From Cercozoa sp. M6MM (taxonomy: Eukaryota; Protista; Endomyxa: Ascetosporea), in the NCBI GenBank assembly GCA_040357565.1, contig JBDODJ010000042.1: a stretch of DNA of 64,000 nt, one strand, 5' to 3'. The notes below the pieces were generated by a model. That model saw nothing but the letters and a program-made list of their open reading frames with translations. It did no database searches and was not told the DNA's origin. Shown here one piece after another: positions 12,724 to 26,300 of the stretch (positions within the stretch are counted from its first letter, which is position 1; the number at the start of each line of letters is the position of its first letter). The position numbers were made by a program, and so were the translations under genes.

Positions 12724-15700
12724 CGGGTCAAAACAAGGCAATCAAACGCACCGATCCAAGACGCATAGAGCCACGTGATGCTCCTCTTGGCGTCGTGAGG
12801 CGTCTTTGAGCAGCGCAGGCACCTCCGAGGCACGGCACTCGGCCATGCGCTGGTGGAGAAAATTAAACAAGACATGAGGAGAAAGAAGAACTAGAAATGG
12901 TTTTAAAGAATCCAGTACATCAATTTCCAGTTTGATGCCTTGGTTCCAGTCGCGCGCCTGTCTCTTCAACACGTCTGCCACAAAGCACAGAAGACCGTCA
13001 AGATTAATATCTATAACTACTCACACAGAACGTTACCTTCAACTTCGCGACCGCCACGACCCAGAAAAAAGAGCGACAAGCGGACTTGCAAACGCTGACC
13101 GTCGACGTCGCTCTTGAATCGGAAACTGCAGGGAGGGGCACTCAAGAATTTCCCACAAAAACCACAAGCACATCAATCTTGTTACCTCTTACGAGACTCG
13201 GAACTGTAGATAACACCACGCGGATATAATTATACCGACAGGCATATTAGAACTGACACGAGAACACTTACGGAAGGAACTCCTCGCCGTCAGTGCGCAA
13301 CTTAACCGGCTCGCGCAACTGGCGAGTGGAGACAGTAAGTGCGTTTCGGTCCACCTGGTCGATACAAGATGAAAATAGACGAAACATAGGTGCATGTAGA
13401 ATTGAAAGTACCTCAAGACCAAAGGCTCGGCCAAGCGGCGTCTGCACCTTACCCGTACGTGTGATGACGTCGCACATCGCATTCCAGACTTTTGAAACAA
13501 GCTATCTTTTACCTTCACTCAGTGTGTCAAAAAGAAAGTACCAATGGCGACACGCTTCAGCTTTGGCATGATCTGACGCTCTGCCTTCATGGCGTCAAAC
13601 CGGCTCTGGTCCGCTACAAAGTCATCAATACAAACATATGTACACACATTGGAGGGTCAAATCACCAGCGCTGAAGAGCTGAGACGACAGCGGATGCTGT
13701 AATGCACACAAATGAGTTTGTTGGAACGCCGAAACAGACATGTGCACATACCAGGCAACAGAGCGGGTGGTAAGAACGGCTTTCATCGCGACGCTCCTCG
13801 TAAGCCATCGCCTGCGGACAGTGTGCGTACACAACTACAAGCATACGTAAGAGACAAAAGGTACCGAGCAAGACTTGATCGGACGACCGTAGGTCTCGCT
13901 GAAATACCGTTCATGCGAGATCTCAGTGCCGCGCTTGTCGAACGTCACGTCCTGAACGAGAAGATATTTCAGAAAGAAACACCATGAAAGAGAGCTCAGT
14001 CGATATCAACGACCTACCGTGCCATGCTTTCCATCGATCCCGTTGACGAACACTTGCTTGAAGCGGTGTGCGGCGATGGCCTGAACCCAAAACACATATA
14101 CTCCACCTTTTCAGAAAGCTATCCACAAGAAGGCTGAGGGTACCGTGATCTTGCGATCGCGAAGCTTCTCTTCGAGTGCACGCCCACACTTCTTGCGGAT
14201 TTCGTACAGTGTCTCCTAAAAACGCATGCAAAACACACTTCAACAAAAAACTGAACAGAAATAAGAGATGAGAGGTACATTCGTAACTGTGCGTAGGTTC
14301 AGCCGCAGCGACAGAGCGACGGACCCTTCGCTCACGTTGGCGCCGAGGAACTTAATCTCGACACCAGCTACAGCAATCAATATCAAACTTGACTTAAGCA
14401 AGGAAGCAAAATCACAGAATAACGAATGTACTCCACACGTTTGCCTTCAGACGCTCACCGCCGAACTCGAAATCAAAGGTCGGTGCGTCTTGGTTCACCT
14501 GTACAAGCAGAAATCAAACTTGTCACACAAACAAATACACAACTTAAGAAAAACAAAAAATACCTTCTCGGAGAACCATGTATCACGTAGCTTCACGAGA
14601 GAGTTGTGGTTGCCTTCCTTGATCGTCGAAAGCGAAGCTTCGCGCAGTTCCGAGCTCAGCACAGCCTCGGCCATGACTGTGTGCATACATATTATCTGCA
14701 TAGAAGAGAAAAGAGGTGCGTAAAGTACCGATAAACTCCTGAGGCGCAAGCGCTCCAAGTAGGGCCGACTCAAGGTGCTCGATCGTCGCTTGGTACTCGA
14801 CGCCCTTCATCTCAAACGTTTTCGAGATCGTGTCCTGCAAGCAAAAAACAAATGAATACGAAAAGTGTTTAGTAACAACGATAGCAGAAACGCCACCTCG
14901 AGAGCGTCGCCAATGTAGAGAACCTTGGCCGGAGACGCCAGACGGAAGTTAGAGCGCACCTCGCGCGGAAGCAGGCGGTTTCTGCGAGAAAACATTCACA
15001 ATCACACAAAAAAGCGCGGAGTTTATGAGTGCAGAAATCCTACAGCGAGCGAGCGCAAATGCGGAAGTCCTGCACGGCCGAGTGAGCGCCACCCGACACA
15101 CGCTTGACGGCGAGCGACGCCGTGTTGACCCTGGCTCGCGGATTCAGCTTGATCTTAAAGCAGTTTGTGCCGTTGTCAGGAATGCGGATGCCATAATCCG
15201 AGGCCAGTCGCTCGATCCCCCCGAAGTTGAGACCACCACCGCGTCCAAAGCCTCCGCCTTGTCCACCACGGAAGCCTCCGCGACCACCGTAACGACCACC
15301 ACCATAGCCCCCGCGCGGTCCTTCACGTTCTCTGCGCGGTGGCGGGCTACGGCATACACTGAATTTGAACGCTGGTCGCTCGAGAATCAATACAGCTACC
15401 GGTCGCGAGCGGAATCATTGCGCCGTCCGCGATCGTCTCGACGACTGTCGCGGCTGTCAGAGCTGTAACTGCTTGATGAAGAGAGTAAACAATTTTGCAA
15501 AGTTACTGTTTTTGAAGGATAAACAGCGAAATCAAAGTACTAATCGCGCTCATGACGCGAGTCACGGCGGCTTCCACGGCGATCTTCGCGGCGATCACCA
15601 CGGCGATCCTCGCGGCGATCACCACGGCGATCCTCGCGCACAGAGCGGGTGCGGCTTCGACTGCGACTGCGTCGCCTGAGATTTCAAAACACACAAGCAC

Positions 15701-15765
15701 AAATTCGACGACGGAGAAAGCTCCAGCTGCAAACAGAGGAATCCGACTCACGGGTAGCGGTTCAT
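10447..15765 (-). CDS. Highly divergent Argonaute/Piwi-family protein, >25 exons, predicted non-slicing
   Basis: Motifs occur in the expected order: RS/RD and RGG N-tail; TNCFKIK (N domain); PAZ-like YLLVQDVTFD..ERYFSETYG..YHPLCC; L2 ALTVSTRQLREPVKL; MID VALCVLD..SVHVQFI..QAIGKTG; PIWI LAGVD, RKAIVVFRG, GQYFVD, EEFYTV, DEVMQVAMAAMHMY, GIKMPAPL, GVYCL. Confidence 0.82.
12484..12722. repeat. (CA)n microsatellite with assembly gap, in an Argonaute intron
   Basis: Direct observation. Confidence 0.98.
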
Positions 15766-16310
15766 GGCTGTCAGAGATGGCTATGTATGAGCAAACTTCA
15801 AATTGGGCAAATGTCTGACGAACACGACTGGCCGATTGCACAAATACGAAAAATCAAATCTCGGAGTTTTGGCAAAACACCAAACCCTCGAAAAAGCTCG
15901 GATTCGGGGGGGGGGGGCACCTTTTTGGAGGACCGAAGCTCGTCGTTTGCGTTTTTCCGCTCCAACGATCCTGGCGATTCCCCACTGGCAGCTGGTGCCA
16001 GCGGAGGGCTGCAGACTGTACAATCGTACTACAACAACTCGAAATTCGGCGCTCCGACCAACACCAGCACCAGACCCTCTAGTTTCAACCTGAGCCGTGC
16101 CAGTGGGTGTCAGTTAGCAGTAATACGCACACATAGCGCTTAGATCGGCGTGTTAACTGGGTTTACACTTTCCTACACCGCTTCCGGTGTCCAAATATCC
16201 ACGTGAGTAGGCGTGAGGCGTGTGGTTGGGAGAATAGCGTTCACTCAAGTGACTGGCGAGGTGGGCTGAAGGCACAGTCCTCATCACGGCAAACCGAAAA
16301 CGAGCGTAAA

Positions 16311-17326
16311 ATGACGACGCGCGACCTCACGGAGCAGTTTCGCGAGTTGCGCGAGCGCATGGCACGACCCGGGTTTGTTTCTGTCTTTGCTTGATTCGCA
16401 GTGTTTGGGCATTCGTTTCCATTGTGGTCTCGACAGGCGACGAAGTGCCGTCGACGATGACGGAGTGAACGCGTCACTCATTGGTATTTTGGGGATCTGG
16501 GGACAATCGGTGTGCAACAACAGTGTGTGATGCTCTTTTTTGAAGGTTCAGCACTGAGCGATGGTGCTCCGCGTGCTGCTTTGCCGGTATATCGAGTCAA
16601 CTGACACATTCATTACATCTAATAATCAGTGCCGTTTTAGCCGGTGTGGGTCGATCTTGTCGACTCTATTGAGCGGTAGCAAGATCTTCAACATATATTT
16701 TTTAACGAGATCTCTTTTTTGCAGTGACATCAAGGGCCTAACCGACGATATGGATGAACTGAAACGGTAAAACACCGCTGCTGTGAACGGCATTCATTGA
16801 TACAGAATGGCATTGACAGTCTGCACATGCAACGTGCAAAAGTCACCTTTGACTCGGCACAAGAGTACGGCACTTCTTCTGCTGTTGTTGGTATCCTTTC
16901 AAGCACAAACAACACAGGGAGGCACAAGACGCAGCAATCGATGCAATGAGACACAAGATTTCGGGTATTCCTTCCTCATGTGTCTTGAGCGAACCCATTC
17001 AATGACTAAAACAACGGCACAGGTACCTTCCGGAGGGCGGAAGGTCGTTTGAAACGCATTGCTTTCATCGGCAATGACTCGTACTTCTTCCTTTGCACTT
17101 CAAATACCAGTAGGTATATATGTTCACACAATGTAAACAGTGCCCACGGAAGTGATCTGTCCAATGACGAGCGGCAGGTATTTTTATTTGTCACTTTGTC
17201 TTTACCTTCATGCGTGTTTTGTTACCTCTCTGTCCTCAGGTCAGACTGAACGTGATGCGATCACTTGGTGCGCGTCTGCAGGACTTGTCGCGGCAATACC
17301 GGCAGGTATGTACCTAGACATGTATA

Positions 17327-17360
<34 letters not shown>

Positions 17361-18116
17361 TATACAAGTTTATAACTGTTTTTTTTTTGCAGGAGCAACA
17401 ACGACACATGCGTTCCTTGCAGAGTCAAGAGGGTACTTTTTCGTTTGTTTGTTCTGCTGTTGCTCTGAGGGGTGTTTGCAGACGAGCAAAATGCACTGTT
17501 TGGCGACACGGAATTGGACGATGACGTGCGACGAATCTTGTCGCTCGAAAATGTCGATCGTGGTCTCACGGAGGAGCAGATGGTAACCCCCTCCCAGGAG
17601 TCTCTCCTTATCCCTTTAATCCTTAACCTCATCACTCTAGAACGAACTCGACATGGCCGAGGAAAGAGCGAGTCGTTTCGAACGCGAGGTCATTCACGTC
17701 GCACGCTCAGTTTCCGAACTTGCCGTGGTAAGCTGGTGTCTGGCCTTGTTTCCATCCGCCTTTTGCACCTTTGAGCTTTCAGGTATTCCGCGAGCTTTCG
17801 GTGCTCGTGTTGGAACAAGGCACCATTCTTGATCGCATCGATTATCACGTCGAACAGTACATTTGCCTTTTTGTCGTTCTTTTTTCACTCAGTTGCTTCG
17901 TTTGCAGAGCACGAAGCAACTTAGAGCGAGGCAACGAAGAACTCGTATCACTCTGCTTGTGCTCTTAACAAATACCGCACCAAGGTCATTTCTCGGTTTG
18001 ATTTGCAGGACCAGGCAGAGAAGTACTCTCGCAGTGCACGCACGACGCAGTGCATCGTCGTGCTGCTCATCATGATCATTCTCATGACGGGTATCATGAT
18101 CCTCAAGGACCGCTAA
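16311..18116 (+). CDS. STX16: Syntaxin-16/Tlg2/SYP4-type Qa-SNARE
   Basis: N-peptide MTTRDLTEQF; PVWVD; SNARE motif VARSVSELAVVFRELSVLVLEQGTILDRIDYHVE; C-terminal TM CIVVLLIMIILMTGIMIL. Confidence 0.92.
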
Positions 18117-18222
18117 ATTCCGTCCGAACGCGTCTGGTCGTTCGGGTTTCGTTCCTGTCGTTCGCTACTTTCGCGTTTTGCGGGTTGATATATGTTACCG
18201 CAGCCCTTCAGAAATTGAGGCT

Positions 18223-18356
18223 TTGGCAGTGCAAAAGAGTACTATGCCAGGAAAAAGACTAAAGAAACAAATGGAATCGATGTGAAGAAGAATTGAGTCA
18301 GTAGACGTAGTCAGTTCAGAGGTAGTTACCCCAAGATAGGGTCGGCAAAGTACAGG
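18223..18356. repeat. Dispersed ~130-bp repeat, copy 1 (possible mobile-element end)
   Basis: Shares blocks ttggcagtgcaaaa, tgccaggaaaa, aacaaatggaatcga, attgagtcagtagacgtagtcagttca, ggtagttac, ccaagatag, gtcggcaaagtaca with 22948-23073. Confidence 0.85.
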
Positions 18357-19007
18357 AAGTAGACTGGTCGGGAAGGATGAGAGGCCCGGTAGTCAGAAGA
18401 AGGAAGGAAGGAGAAGGAGGGACGTAAAGGAGAAAAAGAAAGGCTCTCTGTGCTGGGAAGACAGCAACAGGGATTACGTGAGAGTGCAAGGACTGGAGCC
18501 TGGAGAGGTGCTTTACCTGGTGAGTAGAGAGCCTTTTCAGGAAAGGAGCAAAATCTTGCTCTTTCGAGGTCAGTCTACCAAACACAGGGTAAGGAGGTTA
18601 GCAACACTCTCGGAGAGGTCAGGATACCAGACAAACACAATACACCACTTCTCAAAGTGCTCAATGAATAGCTTTCTTCCACGCGGAGCACCAGAGATCT
18701 GACTGGCCGGATGGAAAATGCCGTTTCGTAACATATATACTATACATTCGATTATCGGTACAGGACTCGAGTTGTAATAAATCAAAACGAAACAAATAAA
18801 AAGGACGAGGGGCGGCGAAAGCGCGTTCGGACGGGCGGAGCGCACAGTAAAGGACGAGAGGTGTGTGTTGGTTGTGTCGGGTTGGGTCGGGTCGGGTCGG
18901 TTGGGAACAGTGAGGATGTACTGTGTCACACCCGTGCGTGTGCGTATGCGGCTATAGTACACATGTCACTGTGGTCGAGGGTTCTTGAGAAAAGGGTCCG
19001 AGCCAGT

Positions 19008-21068
19008 CTAGTTGCTCGGCTGCTCGAACTTGGTTGAAATCAGTGCCTATAATCGCAAAGCATGAGAGCGGCATATTTTAGATAGAAAAGGGGGCAGTCT
19101 GCTCTACCTGGCAGTAGCGACTCTGACGGAAGCCTTCGAGAAGGTTGTCGCGCACATGCATGCGCACGGCATGGGCCACGTCATCAAACACCTCATCAGC
19201 GATCTCGTCCAGCGTGACCGACACACGCAGTGCCGCCAGCAACGGCTCTTCCAGCTACAAACCAAACACATCCATTTGACTGAAACATGCACACAGCAAG
19301 CAAAAGGTACCACAGTGATGCGATCGGCAGCTTGGTCGGCAAAGAACGTGTTGAACACCTCACCGGCAAGTGTTTGACGGTCCGACTTCTTCCTGTGCAT
19401 GACACGCACACGTCACGATTTTGTTTTGTTTTTCGTTTTCTGATCAAATAAATGATTAAACACGCCCCAAGTCAGCTTACATGGTAGAGCAAGCCTTCTG
19501 CCACTTCGTGACCTGGTCCAGGAAGAGAGTGAAGTTGCGCTTGCCCTCACTGTACACAAAACATACACTCAGATTCACACATTTTGTTGTTTCCGACGAA
19601 ACAAGCAAAAGCACCGAGCCAGGTGCAGCTCGAGGTAGCTCATGCAATCCGCATCAGCCAGGAACTGCGTAAACTTGCGCGGCTGCAGCAGCGGGTATTC
19701 TGTCAGATACCACAAGTTATCACGAATTCTGGAGAGGAGGCAAGGCAGGTCAGGGTACTCTCGGGATTGTAGAACGTCAAGTTGGTGCGCTCTGGCTGAT
19801 CACCGATCTCTTCGATCATGATCGCCGTGCACATGTTGAGCATCTCGATGAACGCGTAACGCACAGAGTGCGTAAAGTCAGCGCCAAACACGTCCTGCAT
19901 GCCTGCAACCACGGCTTCCGTCCTTTGCAAAAACACAAAACCATACACTCTCTCGAGCAACCTAACTTGAGATCAAACGGCAGAAACGCTACATATGCGA
20001 AAAGGCGCCACGAGGCACGTTGTAGCTGATGTGGCGCCTACACATGCACGCGTTTGACACATTAGCGGCCTCTAACTGTTCAAGTCAGAGAAATGTACTG
20101 GCCCAGCTCGCGCACCTTGCGATCGAGCGTCTTGAGATCACTCATGCCCTGCCACGTCACATGCACGCCGAGTGAGTGTGCACATTTAGTGTGTTATACA
20201 ATACAAGCCTACCTGAATCAGCGAGGACAGCATGTGCATCAGCGTGGCGGCATGCCGCTTCAGCGGCAGCTTGTTGAACACGCGGCGGTACTCGGGGTGC
20301 TCCACAAAGAAGCGCAGGTAGATCACCTCGCCAACCTTCTGGCGCTGGGGTTCCACTGTGTGCGCACACCGATAATACACCAGACGCAGTAACTTTGGGT
20401 CCACAAGAGTCAAGTTACCAAAGTCCCACCAGAACGTCTCAATGGTGTCAGTCACACTGCATCGCGTGCGACCCGACTCGTCCGAGACCTGATTGATTTT
20501 CACGCACATACTGTCACAGCACAAGAAGCGGAAAAATAGGGAGGCGGTACAGTCTGCCCCTGGAGCGACATGAGCGAAGCGGCCGAGCGCTTGGTTTTGG
20601 AGTTCTTTTGGCCCATTCTTAGCTCTGACAACAGCAAATGAGAACAAAAAACACAAAAGGCATTCGACACGGCTCTTTTTTTGTTTGATACTTTCCGCAT
20701 ACCTCGGCAAGGGCGTCAATAATACGACACGAGCTCTGGAGCTTCTGCGGCATACATAAACAGTAATACTTGTAACAGACAGATGATGTCCGTTCATTGA
20801 CTGTTGATCAAGCGACCCACGATGCACAACAGACAACATCAAAAAAAAAAACAAACACAAAAAACAAGCCGGCGAACGCAAAACACAGCAACACTCACAC
20901 GCACGGCTAAAGCAGCCCAGAGAACGTACCGTAGGCCAGAGTCTGTGGGAAAAAAGAAAGCAAACGTTGTTGTGGCTGGGCAAGGGGACCCGTTCCGGTG
21001 GGCTGACTACCCATCCGTTTCAATTGGTAGCCACTGCCCACTGGCATCGAGTGCGTTGTAGAACACAT
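19008..21068 (-). CDS. Globin plus RGS-homology domain fusion protein (start approximate)
   Basis: Globin (~19815-20400): VGEVIYLRFFVEHPEYRRVF..LKRHAATLMHML..VRELGQRHISYNVPRGAFSHMTEAVVAGMQDVFGADFTHSVRYAF. RGS-like (~19107-19700): FTQFLADADCMSYLELHL..FTLFLDQVTKWQK..LAGEVFNTFFADQAADRIT..VFDDVAHAVRMHVRDNLLEGFRQSRY. Confidence 0.85.
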
Positions 21069-21576
21069 TGTTATCTCGTATGACGCGTGCCAGCGGCAGG
21101 TATCGGGCGGACCATGCGCTAAAACCTGTTAAAACTGGCTGGTCGAGTTGGTTGGCTTGATCGATCGCTCGCTAGTGCTGTGGATTTTGTTTCATTCTTT
21201 GCTATGCCGTCGGGTGGTCTGCGGGCACAGGCGAGATCGCAAACCGTCCTGACTGGGACTCCGGGACTGGTGCACAATCACACTCATGGTATAAGAATGC
21301 ACTACTGAGCTGAGCCATGCACCGCCATGCGTTTTACGCAACGGTGGTACTCTTGCGTCACTAGGACCTGTTTGCTTAGACATCGAGATACACGTGCAAC
21401 TGAACGAGCAGCTGGGGCACCAGTCAGAGCGACTGTCAGATTATTTGTCCGACGAAAACGACTCAAGTATCCCCACCCCACCTTGTGTTGTACTGTATTG
21501 ACAGAGACGGGCATTGCATCAGTGCCTGGTAACTTAGAAAGGGCGACACGCCAGAGGCCAGCACGCTCGCACTTCT

Positions 21577-22900
21577 ATGCAGCGGTGCGTGAGTGCTGCA
21601 TGCGGTGCGCCTCGTGTGCTTTGGTCTGCAATTCACACTCGCTCGTGTCGAATGATGCCACGTTCGCGCACTTTGCGCTCTGCGTGCACTCTGTACCTTC
21701 AGTTAAAAGTCTCTAAACGTGTCTCTGCCCAACTAGAGCGACCCTTAAACTTACAGTTGAGAAAGGAGTCCGAGTTGGGTGCACTTCGATACCGCAGTGC
21801 AACAAGCGACAATGACGACGACAACGACCGCGACGAAGTGGATGAATTGTTGCTGATGCAAATCGACTGCCCGCGCCATCCGGATGATGTTGTGTTGGCC
21901 GATGAAAGTGACTCCTTCTTTCGAGATGCTTCTCCGGTCACGCGTGCTTGCAGTAAAATTTAGTGTTTTTCTCCGTCACTTGGACTGGCTCGGGTTTTAA
22001 GGTGGAGTTTTTGTGTGCAGTCACGTCATTTGACCAGTTAGTTGCGTCAAGGAACACGTTGCGTCGCCTGGTGGTAGCATCAGACTGACACTGACAACGA
22101 TCATGTCCATTTTTATGTGCACTGGGGGGAGGGCAGAAAACAGCAGATGCGTTCGCGCGCGTGCATCACGCCTTCGTGAACAAAGTGCAGCACGGTGTTC
22201 TCTTCTTCATGCAGTCGGTCGAGCGCGATCTTGATGCAACGGCCGCTGCTTTGACGCAGCTGAGTCACGCGTGCGTGCGACACAACCGACTTCTCCAGAA
22301 GGCACTACAGGACATTGTGCAAGCACGCACCTACGTCGACACCGTGACACACTTTGAACGCAGCATGCTCGGTCATGTCCTGAGTGGTAGAGTGCTGCAT
22401 GTTTGCGTCCCGTCTTGAAGTTTGTAAGTTTACGTATGACTGTGTTAGAAGTGATACACAACGTTCAAAAGCCGCTGCTGGGCGAGCCGGTGGAAGGAGT
22501 TGTCACCACACCAACCAGTTTCCATGCCGGCCTCGTTCCTCCGCCGGTATGCAGAAAATCCAAAGTCGTTATTACTGAGTTTACCATCACTTGCTGACAA
22601 GTTTAGCCACCTCGCATCCCGCAAAGCAGCAGCAGCGACAGCACTTTCGCGCCGCCGCCTGTCGTGCACGCCTATGCGAACCTTGGGCCCAACGCGATGA
22701 CCGACACGAGTATCCAAGAACTCAACGCTCCGACTCAGAGCGAGACCACGAGGAATGCAACTCCGCTGTTTCCGCACATTGTGCGTCTCAATCCTTACGA
22801 CCGCGTCCACAATCGGCATATGTTTTGACCACGAATCGGTGATCTTCCCAAGCGAAAAGATTCGCGCAACTGAGGTTACTATAACTGAAGCTTCTCAGGC
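21577..22900 (+). CDS. Hypothetical multi-exon protein (boundaries uncertain)
   Basis: Coding-like segments (acidic DNDDDNDRDEVDELL; helical VERDLDATAAALTQLSHACVRHNRLLQKALQDIV) separated by GT..AG introns; no family recognised. Confidence 0.45.
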
Positions 22901-22947
22901 CCGTCGTCGATCGATCAGCTTGTTGCGGCCTTTTGGTAATTCCGGTT

Positions 22948-23073
22948 TTGGCAGTGCAAAAAGAGTACCATGCCAGGAAAATAACAAATGGAATCGACAT
23001 TAAGTATTGAGTCAGTAGACGTAGTCAGTTCAAATGTACGGTAGTTACACCAAGATAGAGTCGGCAAAGTACA
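22948..23073. repeat. Dispersed ~130-bp repeat, copy 2
   Basis: Diverged copy of 18223-18356 in the same orientation, with indels. Confidence 0.85.
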
Positions 23074-23217
23074 AGACCAAGGAAAAAATCGCCCCGCCAA
23101 TCCGGGACATACCGTACCCCGTAAGCGAAGCTGGCAGCGGATGCTGGCAGCTAAGGACGGACTGTTGAAAGTACTGTAGTTCTAGCCGACAACGAAAACT
23201 GAAACGCGAAATTTCAC

Positions 23218-25977
<2,760 letters not shown>

Positions 25978-26300
25978 GGCTGCACACTACTACGACGGAC
26001 GAACGTATCCTTGTTGACATACCCACACACTTTCTGGTGTCCTGGCAGCATGGTATTCTGCACACATCCGCGCGCACACATCGTTTTCAAGCAAAACAAA
26101 AACAATAATTGAGAAGTACCTAGTCTTAGTCCAAATCTAAAGCAGCTAAATACCGCAACAGAGCGTATGCACTCGTATACACTGTGCTGTAACACTTGTC
26201 ACTGCAAGCTGATCCTTGCGGAACGCCCGGCTCGACAAAGTTGGGCAAAAAATACAAAAAATCACAAATTTACGTTTGAGCTTTCACGGCACTTATCAAA

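Noticed and set aside
12268-12875. ORF-track proteins made of CV or HT repeats (also near 23.6-24.3 kb, 34.0-34.4 kb and 51.0-51.2 kb)
   Set aside because: They are translations of intronic (CA/TG)n microsatellites with N gaps, not real proteins.
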